Under the pieces are notes generated by a model that was not told the origin of the DNA, searched no databases, and saw only the letters and a program-made list of their open reading frames with translations. DNA of 64,000 bases from an uncultured Verrucomicrobiae bacterium (GTDB taxonomy: Bacteria > Verrucomicrobiota > Verrucomicrobiia > Limisphaerales > UBA11358): contig CAVUVT010000002.1 in NCBI GenBank assembly GCA_963744965.1, positions 79,440-143,439 on the forward strand, read 5' to 3'. Both the position numbers and the translations under genes were made by a program. The first letter of the stretch is position 1, and each line of letters starts with the position of its first letter. Of this stretch, positions 1 through 9,670 are shown piece after piece.

Positions 1-3000
1 AAATCTGCACGCTGGAATTTCGATTACCCTGCCGCAAGATGCGGCCCTCGCGCTGCTCCACGTCGGCGGGTCGCCACGGCGCGTCCAGATGATGCAGCGC
101 AACCAACCGTTCTTGAACATTGGTGCCAGAACCCATTTTCTGCGTGCTGCCGAACAGCACACGAACCTTGCCCGCGCGAACAGCACGAAACAACGCCACT
201 TTTGCGTTGTCGGCGTCGTAATCCTGAATGAAAGCGATGTCATTTTCAGGGACACCAAGGCGTTTCAATTTGTCAGCCATGTCACGGTAAACCGAAAAGC
301 CACGGTCTTGCGGCGTGGATAAATCGCAAAACACTAGCTGCGACAAACGGTCTTCCTTGGTCGCCTCCCAGATGTGATGAATCTTTTCCACCGCGAGATT
401 AACCTTGCTCTGCGGGTCGTCCGGCAGTCCAGGCTTCATCAGCCGTAAATCCAGCGCGGCCTTGCGGCCTTCGGTGGTGATCTTGAGCATATTGTCCACA
501 CGCGGATCAACCCGCCCGGTTTTTAACGCCTCGGCGCGTTTGGCCAGCCCCTCGACAAACTTTTTTAATTCAGGAGAGGCCGGCGCATTGCGGATGGCCG
601 GTTTTTCCCCTTCCAATTTCGGGCGTTTTAGATTGAGCATCTGCGCGGTCTGCACGTCCGCCGTCTGCCGGAAAATCTGCATCAGCTCCGGCACATTGAC
701 GAACCGGGCAAAGCGCGTATTGATCCGGTAGCCCGCGCCGTCCGGCGAAAGTTCCATTGCCGTCACCGGCTCGCCGAAGGTCGCAGCCCATGAATCAAAA
801 TGATTCAGGTTATGTTTTTTCAAATCCTCCGGTTGCAGGTAACGCTGCATGGTGAACATTTCGGCCATGCTGTTAGCGATGGGCGTGCCCGTGGCGAAGA
901 CGACACCGCCGCCGCCGTTCACGGATTGAACATGACGCACCTTCAAATACATATCGAACGCCCGTTCGCTGGCTGTCTGCGGCAGACCGGCGATGCGCGT
1001 CATCTTGGAGACGTAAAAAAGATTTTTGAAGTAGTGCGCCTCGTCCACAAAGAGCCGGTCAATGCCTAGTTCCTCAAAAGTGAGCGTATTGTCCTTCTTG
1101 TGACTCGCGGCGAGAGCTTCAAGTTTTGCTTCCAGGCGTTTTTTGGCCTTTTCCAGTTCCTTCACCAAGCGCCGGTTGTCCGGGTTGGCGTGTTCCCGTT
1201 TGATCTTTTCCAGTTCCTCCAGTTGCTCCTTGAAGAAACGCTCCTGGGTTTCCTGTGACAACGGGATGCGCTCAAAGCCGGAGTGCGTGACGATGACGGC
1301 ATCCCAATTGCCGGTGGCGATGCGGCTGAAAAGTTTCTTGCGGTTCTGCGCCTCAAAATCTTCCTTGCCGGCAACCAGGATGTTTGCGCCAGGATACAAC
1401 ATGAGCAGTTCGGTCGAGAACTGGCCGAGCATGTGATTGGGCACGGCGAACATTGGTTTGCGCGCCAGCCCCAGCCGTTTCAGCTCCATCGCGGAGGCAA
1501 CCATCGTGTAGGTTTTGCCCGCGCCGACGACATGGCCGAGCAGCGTATTGGGCGTTTGCAGGACGCGCCAGACGCCGGATTTTTGATGCGGGTGCAACTG
1601 CACGGCCGCACTGGCTCCCGGCAACGTCAGGTGTTCGCCGTTAAACGTGCGGACCCGTGAATGATTGAACGTATCATTGTAAAGGCGGCAAAGCCGTCCC
1701 CGCCGTTCGTCATCCGACCAGATCCATTTCGCAAACCGCTCCTTGATGCGCTCCTGTTTTTCGCGTGCGGCCTCGGTCGCCTGCGCGTTGACGACGGGCT
1801 TCTTGTCCACGTAATCATAAACCGTGGGCGTTTTGAGATTGAGCGTTTCCTCGATGAGTTCGAGGCCGGTATAACGGTTCGTTCCCCAATCGGTGGTGTT
1901 GGCGGTCGCCCCTTTTGCCTCCCAATTCGCAGTGACGTGCCACGAGCCGAGCGCATGGATGTGGCCGACTTCAACGCCCGAAGGGACACCGAGCAGTTCA
2001 TGAGTGAACTGTTGCACGTCTGACGGTGGCAGCCAGGATGCGCCCAGCCGCACGTCAATTTCGGTCGCGGGCAAATCAGTTGGTTGCACCGATTTCAACG
2101 CCTCGACGTTTTCATGGAAGCGTGGGTCACTGACATTGGCGGAGTCGGCGGCAATGAGTTTCTCGCGGACGTTGCCGGAAAGATATTGGTCTTCGGTTTC
2201 CCATTGCTTGGTCTGCGGGTTAAGAAAAACCATTCCCCGCAAATCCGGCAGAAACTCCTCGACAGGTTTGCCGAGCAAATCGGCCATGTGTGCCAAGTCC
2301 ACCCGGCCTTTTTCATTCAACGAAACGAGTAACGCTTCTTTGGGCGAGCCAACCGATTCAACCGGCTGTTTATGATGGATGGTGCGTTCCCGGAAGATTG
2401 AAGCTTTGACCGCCACTCTGGTTTCTTCGTCGTAGTTTTCCAGCGAGAGCAGCAACGGCAAATCCGGGTCGCCATGAAACGCCCGTTGATTGATCGAGGC
2501 GTTAATTGGGCCGAACCGGGACACAAAACGGTCATAGGCGAAGTTGAGTTGTTCGCGCGCCTCAACAACCTGCCCCTCACCGCTGCCATCGAGTTGCGAG
2601 CGCATACAATCCCGCACCGCGTCCCGCACTTCAATCATCCGCCGGATTCGGGAGCGGGTTTCGACTGGCAGAGCATCCAACGGATGCAGGACACCGTCTT
2701 CGTTAAAGCAGAGCCGGCCATCTTCGTGGACGCAATAGGCATTGGGTTTGATGTAATCCGGCGCGGGAATGGCCGGGTCAAAAGCTTTTTTGGTGACGGA
2801 TTGGGTTTGGGCTTCGTAAATGTTTTGCGGGAGCCAGGCAACGGCCTGCGCCAGTGCCTCGCCCAAATCACGGTCGTCTGGTGCCAGCACCGGCTCGCCG
2901 TCCCGATACATTCCACGCGCGAGCCGCATTTTGCCCAACATCATTTCGGGATGGGTGGCGAAGTATTCGTTGATGGAAAACTTTTCCTGCCGGTCATTGG

Positions 3001-4252
3001 TAAAATCCACCGTTGCTTTCCATGCTGGGCCGCGTGGCGATTCACCGGAGCGCAGTTTGCGGAGCATTACGATGTCGGTGGTTACTTCCGTGCCGGCATT
3101 TTTCTTGAACGCCGTGTTGGGCAGACGGATTGCGCCCAAAAGCTCGGCCTTCTCGGAAAGTGTTTCACGCAAGGTTGAATCCAATTTGTCCAGCGTGTGG
3201 CGCGATGTGACGAACATGAGCAACCCGCCCGGACGCACCTTGTCCAGCGCGGCGGCAAAGAAATAATCGTGGATCGGAAATTTGTGTTCATTCCAGCGCG
3301 GGTCATGGACGGTATAATCCCCGAACGGCACATTGGAGATGGCAAGGTCGAAAGATTCTTCCGTGAGTTTGGATTTTTCAAAGGGTTGCTCGCGGATGTC
3401 GGTGTCGGGATACAACGCCTTGGCGATGCGCGCGGTCAACGGATCAATTTCAATGCCGGTGATGGATGATTTTTTTAGCATCTCCTCCGGCATGAGGCCG
3501 ATGAAATGGCCGATGCCGCAGGCGGGTTCCAAGATGTTACCGCCTTGTAAGCCGAACCACTGCGCGGCCTCATACATGGAGCGGATGACCACCGGAGCGG
3601 TGTAATGGGCGTTGAGCGTGGTGGCGCGGGCGGAGCGGTGTTCTTCGTCGGACAGGATTTCGGAAAGCTGGATTTGTTCTTTGCGCCAGTTCGCGCTGTC
3701 CACGTCGAACACCTGGGGCATCGCACCCCAGCCAACGTATTTGACCAGCATGGCCTTTTCATCCGGTGACGCCGGGCGATTCTCGGCATCAAGCGCCCGT
3801 AAGATTTCAACCGCCTTGATGTTTTGCTGGAACTTTTGTTTTAGACCGCCTTCGCCCAGCCGGTCAGCATCGGTGATGCGATAGCAATTGAGATTCTTCG
3901 GCTCACTGTCTGCTTGGTGGCCGTTCGCTAGGACTCTGGTGGCAGAAGGATGTATTCCTCCCGCACCATTTCCCAGGCGCGGTCGTGGGCCTGCTGCGCC
4001 GTCATTCCTTGATTCCTGAACTGCTGCGTCAGCTCGATCATTTCGTCCTTCGTCCTCTCCTCGGCTTCGAGCAACATCTGTTGCAACAATCCCCTCTGTT
4101 CCAGTTCGCGCACCAGGTTCGGGCAATGTTCGCGCCAGTGTTTCTTGGCCATTCGTCCGTATTGAGTCAGAGTATTCATAACGTCGGTTGAGACTGAAAA
4201 GTTCCAACTGATTTTCTAAACCCGCTTTCGCCGTTTTGTCAACTTTTGGCAT
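1..4252 (-). CDS. DarB-like N6-adenine methyltransferase / SNF2-type helicase (3' end beyond window)
   Basis: Absent from the ORF track because it runs off the edge. Frame read by hand from ATG 4252 (MPKVDKT..QLELF..); motifs YVGWG, LEPACGIG, NVPFG, HVVGAGKT, DEAHYFKN, ATGTPIAN, PWRPADVEQREGRILRQGN. Confidence 0.88.
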   Translation of the reverse strand, partial: MPKVDKTAKAGLENQLELFSLNRRYEYSDSIRTNGQETLARTLPEPGARTGTEGIVATDVARSRGEDEGRNDRADAAVQESRNDGAAGPRPRLGNGAGGIHPSATRVLANGHQADSEPKNLNCYRITDADRLGEGGLKQKFQQNIKAVEILRALDAENRPASPDEKAMLVKYVGWGAMPQVFDVDSANWRKEQIQLSEILSDEEHRSARATTLNAHYTAPVVIRSMYEAAQWFGLQGGNILEPACGIGHFIGLMPEEMLKKSSITGIEIDPLTARIAKALYPDTDIREQPFEKSKLTEESFDLAISNVPFGDYTVHDPRWNEHKFPIHDYFFAAALDKVRPGGLLMFVTSRHTLDKLDSTLRETLSEKAELLGAIRLPNTAFKKNAGTEVTTDIVMLRKLRSGESPRGPAWKATVDFTNDRQEKFSINEYFATHPEMMLGKMRLARGMYRDGEPVLAPDDRDLGEALAQAVAWLPQNIYEAQTQSVTKKAFDPAIPAPDYIKPNAYCVHEDGRLCFNEDGVLHPLDALPVETRSRIRRMIEVRDAVRDCMRSQLDGSGEGQVVEAREQLNFAYDRFVSRFGPINASINQRAFHGDPDLPLLLSLENYDEETRVAVKASIFRERTIHHKQPVESVGSPKEALLVSLNEKGRVDLAHMADLLGKPVEEFLPDLRGMVFLNPQTKQWETEDQYLSGNVREKLIAADSANVSDPRFHENVEALKSVQPTDLPATEIDVRLGASWLPPSDVQQFTHELLGVPSGVEVGHIHALGSWHVTANWEAKGATANTTDWGTNRYTGLELIEETLNLKTPTVYDYVDKKPVVNAQATEAAREKQERIKERFAKWIWSDDERRGRLCRLYNDTFNHSRVRTFNGEHLTLPGASAAVQLHPHQKSGVWRVLQTPNTLLGHVVGAGKTYTMVASAMELKRLGLARKPMFAVPNHMLGQFSTELLMLYPGANILVAGKEDFEAQNRKKLFSRIATGNWDAVIVTHSGFERIPLSQETQERFFKEQLEELEKIKREHANPDNRRLVKELEKAKKRLEAKLEALAASHKKDNTLTFEELGIDRLFVDEAHYFKNLFYVSKMTRIAGLPQTASERAFDMYLKVRHVQSVNGGGGVVFATGTPIANSMAEMFTMQRYLQPEDLKKHNLNHFDSWAATFGEPVTAMELSPDGAGYRINTRFARFVNVPELMQIFRQTADVQTAQMLNLKRPKLEGEKPAIRNAPASPELKKFVEGLAKRAEALKTGRVDPRVDNMLKITTEGRKAALDLRLMKPGLPDDPQSKVNLAVEKIHHIWEATKEDRLSQLVFCDLSTPQDRGFSVYRDMADKLKRLGVPENDIAFIQDYDADNAKVALFRAVRAGKVRVLFGSTQKMGSGTNVQERLVALHHLDAPWRPADVEQREGRILRQGNRNSSVQI
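3928..4179 (-). CDS. TnpV-like small helical protein, nested in another frame of the helicase ORF
   Basis: QYGRMAKKHWREHCP...AWEMVREEYI resembles the TnpV family pattern. Confidence 0.65.
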   Translation of the reverse strand: MNTLTQYGRMAKKHWREHCPNLVRELEQRGLLQQMLLEAEERTKDEMIELTQQFRNQGMTAQQAHDRAWEMVREEYILLPPES

Positions 4253-4557
4253 TTGCGCCGGGGTTTCTTTGGCGGATCAGGATCGGGCAATGGCGCGGGG
4301 GCACGTTTGCCATATTCAAAATCTGAATCCTGAATCTCCTGCGGGAAAAACCGGATGATGGAAAGGCGAAAGACCTTTTGGAAAGCGGCGAGCCAGTTAT
4401 CTTCCACTCCGCGCAAGCCAAGTTCAATTTTAGCCACCGTTTCCCGGCTAATACCGTATCCCAAACATTGGAGCCGTGCCGCCAGTCTGTCCTGTGTCCA
4501 CTTCTTCTGGCAGCGCCAATAGGCCACCTGCCGGCCCGTGATATTCTTTCGGCGCAT
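4216..4557 (-). CDS. XRE-family HTH regulator
   Basis: NITGRQVAYWR..WTQDRLAARLQ..ISRETVAKIELG. Confidence 0.8.
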   Translation of the reverse strand: MRRKNITGRQVAYWRCQKKWTQDRLAARLQCLGYGISRETVAKIELGLRGVEDNWLAAFQKVFRLSIIRFFPQEIQDSDFEYGKRAPAPLPDPDPPKKPRRKCQKLTKRRKRV

Positions 4558-4835
4558 ACCATTGCCTTCCTCAACCTCCGCAACGTTTGTTTCGACCGCG
4601 AAAGCCCAAATGGAGGCGTTTCGGAATTTTTCCGTCGGCGAGGGAAAACCAGAGATGAAGGCAACGAAGATTGTTTGGCTTCTGGCTCACGCTGTCCAGA
4701 AACCTGCCACAGCGCACGCCATGCTGAACAACAGTGTGCATAAACACGCCGCAAGACGACTACCAATCCATTTTTAGCATTTTTAATGCCCATGTGTTTT
4801 TGCCTTTGGTTGTTATGAAAAACTAATCTTCCCAA

Positions 4836-4870
4836 GCCGGTCTAAACTCCATAACCGGAGTCAGACCGGC
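4836..4870 (-). terminator. Hairpin after the T4SS operon (possible terminator)
   Basis: GCCGGTCT..ACTCC/GGAGT..AGACCGGC inverted repeat; weak U-tail. Confidence 0.4.
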
Positions 4871-4884
4871 CTTGAAAGGGACCG

Positions 4885-5322
4885 TCAAACCCTGACGCCT
4901 TCCCTTCTGGTCTGGGTTTGAGTTTGCGGCTGTGACTGCGACTGCGTTTTCTTGTTCAGCCATTTTTCACGTTCCATATTGAGGATGACTTCATCGCGCT
5001 TGTCTTCGGGCACGTCCTTCAAGAGAACGTCATAAGCCGCCTTCAGGTCAGGGTTGTTTTTGACATTTTGCAGCACGCCGGTATCAACATATTGCCGCCG
5101 TTCCACCTGCCGGACTTCGTTCAAGACAACGGTGCGTTCCAGCCGGTCACGCGGCATGGCCTGGATATATTCCCAATTCTTGGAGTTGTTTTTAATCCAA
5201 TCGTTAATTTTGCCCTCGGCTTCAGGATTAGTCCGCTGATAGCGGGTTTCGTTGGGTGCCGATGCTTCGGCGGCGGCAGCAGCGCCATTGGACGGAGGAG
5301 TTCTGGTTCTTGTTGTGCTCAT
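4885..5322 (-). CDS. Hypothetical ICE protein with Q/T-rich basic C-terminal tail
   Basis: Last gene of the tra operon; start taken at MSTTRT. Confidence 0.7.
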   Translation of the reverse strand: MSTTRTRTPPSNGAAAAAEASAPNETRYQRTNPEAEGKINDWIKNNSKNWEYIQAMPRDRLERTVVLNEVRQVERRQYVDTGVLQNVKNNPDLKAAYDVLLKDVPEDKRDEVILNMEREKWLNKKTQSQSQPQTQTQTRREGVRV

Positions 5323-5389
5323 ATATGTGAGGATTATTTGTTTATGTTTTGTTTTGAATTGCCGGCGCGATAACACCGGCAAAGTGACT

Positions 5390-5965
5390 TCAGGGACTCA
5401 ATGAGTCTGGCATTTCATTGGTTGTGGAATTGGCCGGCGGCGACGGCTGCACCTGCGTGGTTTCGAGCGCGTCCAGCCTTTTCTTCATTTGAATCACTGC
5501 GGCTCGCAACACCGCCGTTTCCTGCAAATTGGTTCTGGTCTGTTGCAACGCGGCTTGAAACTGTGCCAGCGACGACGACAAGGTTCGTGCCTGCACCATG
5601 ATTTGAACGGTCGCCAGCTTTTGGGCGTTGATTTCGGCCAGCACCGCGTCATTGACGGGCAACGGACTGAACGCCGCATCATGCGACGACGGCACGGCGA
5701 AAAAAAAGACATCGCCGCCGGCGTTGGCCGGGCGCAAATCCCACCGGGTGTTTTCCTCGACGCGATAGACGACGTGCTGCTCGTGCATCACCAGGTCGTC
5801 ATTGGGATCGGCATAGCGCCCGACGTGATAGGCGCGGACGACTTCGGGGTAGCGGACGGTGGAATTGTCCGCCGCTGGCGGCGGTGATTGCGGGCGCAAC
5901 GCGAGCTTGGGCGTGGTCGAACACGCGGTGAGGAACATCAGGGGAATGCAATAGAATGTTTTCAT
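5390..5965 (-). CDS. Conjugation lipoprotein with coiled coil
   Basis: Lipobox LTAC; ATGA overlap with the VirB10-like gene. Confidence 0.7.
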   Translation of the reverse strand: MKTFYCIPLMFLTACSTTPKLALRPQSPPPAADNSTVRYPEVVRAYHVGRYADPNDDLVMHEQHVVYRVEENTRWDLRPANAGGDVFFFAVPSSHDAAFSPLPVNDAVLAEINAQKLATVQIMVQARTLSSSLAQFQAALQQTRTNLQETAVLRAAVIQMKKRLDALETTQVQPSPPANSTTNEMPDSLSP

Positions 5966-7011
5966 GGTTTTGATTTTGGTGTGGTTGATGGTTGCTCGTC
6001 CTTTTCTTCAACCAGGCCCGCGCCGCCAAACGTGGCATCGGTGCGGTCAATGGTTTGCAGGACGTAGAGATAAAACTGCGTGCCGCTGGGCACGCGGACG
6101 TAGAACCCATTCTTTTGAATCGAGTCTAAAATTTGCTGCGCGTAGGTTTGCAGGACGGCTTGCGCGCCCGCAAACGGAGCGTTGTTGAGCGTGGGACTGT
6201 TGATGGGGCCAAAGATGGTCTGCTGTTTTTCGGTCAGCGCACTGGCCGCGCCCGAAAGGAAGGTAGCGGCAAAGAGTTTGATGTCGGCCAGGTTGTCGGA
6301 CTTGATGATTTCGCCCCGCAACCCGGCGCTGCCATCCGTGATCGCCCAACCGCTTTGATTGGTGTTGTTGTCAAACTCGCGGTCCAGGGCAATGGCTTTA
6401 AGCTGCAATTCCTCGCCGTCCTGCCAGACCAGTTTCCAACTGGTGCTGGTGGAAATGCGGTCGCGCTGCCGGTCGGTCTGCGCCATGCCGTGAACTTCCG
6501 TGCCCGCTGGAATAATCAACCTGCTGCCGTAATAGATGTTCTCGGTGACAAGGCCGACGATGGGTGTCTGCATGGAGGATGAATCCACCGTGATAACGGT
6601 CTCACAGGAGATCAACCGTCCGAACGGCGCATAGGACGCGCTCAATTTTTTCGGGCGGGCCGTGCCCGCCGCGCTGTCGGCAAAAAGGCTGATGGGCGCA
6701 AGCGAATCGGCCTGATGCGGCGGAACATTAGGCAGCGGCTGGGGCAAAGGATTGGTCACAGTGGAAAACTGTGACGGCGACTTGGGCGACGGCGGATTAT
6801 ACACCTGCATTGGCCGCGTGACCGAATGCACCACCTGGGGTTTAGCGGTGGCGTTGGTTGAAAGCGGAGCGACGGCGATGCCATCGTCAGCGGATGGATG
6901 CTGCTTGCGGATGACACCAAAAATAACCAGCCCGGTGGCGAACACCGCGCCGAAGACGACGAGCTTGCCGCTTTTGGTTTTGAAAAAATTGAGGAAATCG
7001 CGCGGTTTCAT
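5962..7011 (-). CDS. VirB10/TrbI-like T4SS core protein
   Basis: N-terminal TM, Pro-rich linker, IIPAGT, DGSAGLRG, YVRVPSGTQFYLYV. Confidence 0.8.
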   Translation of the reverse strand: MKPRDFLNFFKTKSGKLVVFGAVFATGLVIFGVIRKQHPSADDGIAVAPLSTNATAKPQVVHSVTRPMQVYNPPSPKSPSQFSTVTNPLPQPLPNVPPHQADSLAPISLFADSAAGTARPKKLSASYAPFGRLISCETVITVDSSSMQTPIVGLVTENIYYGSRLIIPAGTEVHGMAQTDRQRDRISTSTSWKLVWQDGEELQLKAIALDREFDNNTNQSGWAITDGSAGLRGEIIKSDNLADIKLFAATFLSGAASALTEKQQTIFGPINSPTLNNAPFAGAQAVLQTYAQQILDSIQKNGFYVRVPSGTQFYLYVLQTIDRTDATFGGAGLVEEKDEQPSTTPKSKP

Positions 7012-7928
7012 GGCTGGTTTCTTGGTGAACGGATGGGATGAACGGGGGCATTGGTGGTCGTGACGACGGGCGGCGGTGGCGGCGGCGGTGACAACCGATT
7101 CACCAGCACCGTGAATTGATTTTTCAAAGACAGGTCGTTGCGCCCGCCATCCGGCGTGCCGGTGACGGCGAAATAGACGATGCTCCGGCCTTTGGGCGGA
7201 ACTGTGCCGCTGGCGTCGCTGATGGATTGGGGATAAAGCCGGTTGCCTGCGCGAAGACTAAAACTATCCGGCTGATAAATCAGCGGCGTATCGGTTTCAT
7301 TGGTGATGGCGGCGCGGAAAACCAGCGTGTCCTCGGCGTTGAACCGAAAAGCTGCTTCAATCTGGATTTGATAATCGTTGAAGTCGCTAACCAGCGGTTT
7401 GCCGTCGTAGGTGGTGAAACCGACATCGGCGACACTTTCCGGCTGCTGCGCTTTGAGCAACGGAAAGGCTTTGGCCTTGTCGAGCAACGACAGAAGTTTT
7501 AGCGGACTGACTTCGGGCGCATGGCCAGCGCCCGTTTCCCCCGGCGTCGGCAATGCCGCCAGGTTGAGCGCGAGCACCGGCGCATTGCTTTCGATCAGCT
7601 CAAATACATAGGTGTGTTCGTTCCACCGGACATTGAGATTGGCGGATGCCTTGGGAAAAATCGCCCGCACGGAAAGAAACGCCGAACCTTTGGCGTGGGC
7701 CAGTTGAAACAGTCCCGACGTTTTGCCGTCCACGGTGATGCCCGCGCCGTCAATGGCATCAATCGGACTTGGGAAACTGATGGTCGTGACGCGATTGGTG
7801 GCAACCGGCACGAAGACGGCCACACGGTCGTCCAGCCAGAGTTGTTGAATGGCTGGCGATTCGGCCAGCGCAACCGTCGCAGCCAGCACCGTGACGGTGG
7901 ATGATAAGAGATTAACGATTGATTTCAT
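7008..7928 (-). CDS. VirB9/TraK-like T4SS outer-membrane core protein
   Basis: Signal peptide, VTTISFPSPI, position between VirB8-like and VirB10-like genes. Confidence 0.6.
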   Translation of the reverse strand: MKSIVNLLSSTVTVLAATVALAESPAIQQLWLDDRVAVFVPVATNRVTTISFPSPIDAIDGAGITVDGKTSGLFQLAHAKGSAFLSVRAIFPKASANLNVRWNEHTYVFELIESNAPVLALNLAALPTPGETGAGHAPEVSPLKLLSLLDKAKAFPLLKAQQPESVADVGFTTYDGKPLVSDFNDYQIQIEAAFRFNAEDTLVFRAAITNETDTPLIYQPDSFSLRAGNRLYPQSISDASGTVPPKGRSIVYFAVTGTPDGGRNDLSLKNQFTVLVNRLSPPPPPPPVVTTTNAPVHPIRSPRNQP

Positions 7929-8565
7929 ATTTGAAGTCGCCCACGGCGGTGGGGAAGCGTCCGTTCAAGGCCATGTTGGGGTTGCGGATGAAGCGCAGCC
8001 GGAGCGTGAACGGAAACGCCTCGGTGAACGCCTTGTCTTGAAAGATTCCACTGCGGATGATCTGGCCGGTGACAGCGGCCAGCACCTCATTGTCGCGCGT
8101 GGCCAGAATGTCAATGCGGCCAATCTCGGCTTTCTGGTGCAACTGCTTGGAACGAAACTCAACGGCCTCGCTGATACGCTCGTCCTGCGCCTTGGTGAAC
8201 GCGGGTTTAAGGAACAGCAATTTGAGCAGGTCGGAATTGTCAAAATCCTTCGGATTGCGTTCGAGAAAACACAAAGTCGCCAGTTCTGCCTGTTGAACGT
8301 GCAATTGCTTCGCCTCCTGGAATTGCAGCAACGGACTCAAATAATAGGTGCCGGCAGGGTCAATGATGACGACGCGTTCGCGCTGTTTGAACTGCGAGAC
8401 GATGTGATAACGGTCAATCGCTGACAGCACCAACACGGCAACGGTGAACGCAAACCAGAACCACGGCAGCCGGTCTCGCAGCACCAGCAGACGAGTGAGG
8501 TCAAAGCCCTTGCGGGCGGCCACGCCCGGTTTTAATGAAGGTGAAACGTAATCGTGTTTTTTCAT
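7912..8565 (-). CDS. VirB8-like T4SS inner-membrane protein
   Basis: Single TM, periplasmic domain, C-terminal NP..NG.FP..V..F; operon position. Confidence 0.6.
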   Translation of the reverse strand: MKKHDYVSPSLKPGVAARKGFDLTRLLVLRDRLPWFWFAFTVAVLVLSAIDRYHIVSQFKQRERVVIIDPAGTYYLSPLLQFQEAKQLHVQQAELATLCFLERNPKDFDNSDLLKLLFLKPAFTKAQDERISEAVEFRSKQLHQKAEIGRIDILATRDNEVLAAVTGQIIRSGIFQDKAFTEAFPFTLRLRFIRNPNMALNGRFPTAVGDFKYEINR

Positions 8566-9650
8566 AACTTTGTAGGCAGGCTGGCCGGTGCAATCGGCGG
8601 CAACTGGCCAAGATGTTGAAGTATTTGCATGAGCATTTGGCGAACGGCTTTGTCGCCGCTCGCATCATTTTTTGATGAACCGAGTCCGCCGAGTCCCGAC
8701 ACGAGCGAACCGGCGTTGCCAACGCCGCCGGAAGTGGAAAACAAACTCAAAGTTCCCGCCGTTCCACCGGCGGCGACCGCCGCGACGGGACCAAGCGGGG
8801 CGGCGGCCACGGCACCGCTGACGGTGGAGGTTGCGGTTTGAATGGCGGCCCGCGCGCCGCCTGAAAGCAGTTCGCCGCCTGCCAGCGCACCGTCGGCGAT
8901 CACTTTTTGGATGATGACCGGCGCGGCGATGGTGCTGAAAATAATCCAAAAACCCACGGCGGCGACACCGATGGTCTTTTGCAGGTCGGGCAATGTGGAA
9001 GTCGGGTCAATATATTCAAAACTTGGGTCGGTCATGAAATCGAGAATGCCCTGGGTCACGAGCGCGGCCACGGCCCAGCCCAACGGCCAGAGCAAAACTC
9101 CGGCAAGATTGGTCAGATAACGAGTGCCGGTGTGCTTGAGCGCCGGGATCGCCATGAAACCGATGAGCAACGGTGACAGGGCGTAGCCGAGATTGAGAAT
9201 GACGCTTTGAATGATGTAACCCCAGAACATCAGGAGCGCGGCCAGCCAGCCGATAAGCCAGAGGATGACGGTGATGATGAGATCGGTGGTGAGATTGTGC
9301 AGCAACGACATGACATTCCACCACGACGTTTGCGTGGTGGTGTCGCGCTGGATGATGAGCAACTGGACGAACTGCTGATAAACCTGTTTTGGGTCAACGC
9401 CCAAGCCGGACAGGATTGAATCCTGCAACAATTGCTGGATTTGATTGCCCCATACCGGAAGGAATACGAGCAAGGAAGTCAGCACCAGGATTCGCACCAG
9501 CAAGTGCAGCAGGATTCGGTGTGAGAACTGATGATGCACCGTGACGATGATGCCGGTGACAAAAAGAGCGTAGGCCACGCTCAACAGCAAGGTATGAAGT
9601 TCAGCACATTTGGTAAGAAACGTAGGAAAGATGCTGTCGAACGTGGCCAT
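8562..9650 (-). CDS. VirB6/TrbL-like polytopic membrane protein
   Basis: Multiple TMs, LSPLLIGF, Gly/Ala-rich tail. Confidence 0.75.
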   Translation of the reverse strand: MATFDSIFPTFLTKCAELHTLLLSVAYALFVTGIIVTVHHQFSHRILLHLLVRILVLTSLLVFLPVWGNQIQQLLQDSILSGLGVDPKQVYQQFVQLLIIQRDTTTQTSWWNVMSLLHNLTTDLIITVILWLIGWLAALLMFWGYIIQSVILNLGYALSPLLIGFMAIPALKHTGTRYLTNLAGVLLWPLGWAVAALVTQGILDFMTDPSFEYIDPTSTLPDLQKTIGVAAVGFWIIFSTIAAPVIIQKVIADGALAGGELLSGGARAAIQTATSTVSGAVAAAPLGPVAAVAAGGTAGTLSLFSTSGGVGNAGSLVSGLGGLGSSKNDASGDKAVRQMLMQILQHLGQLPPIAPASLPTKL

Positions 9651-9670
9651 AAGGATGAATGGTTTTGAAG

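Noticed and set aside
89..3884. Many short ORFs in the track
   Set aside because: Shadows of the single minus-strand helicase ORF, which the track misses because it runs off the window
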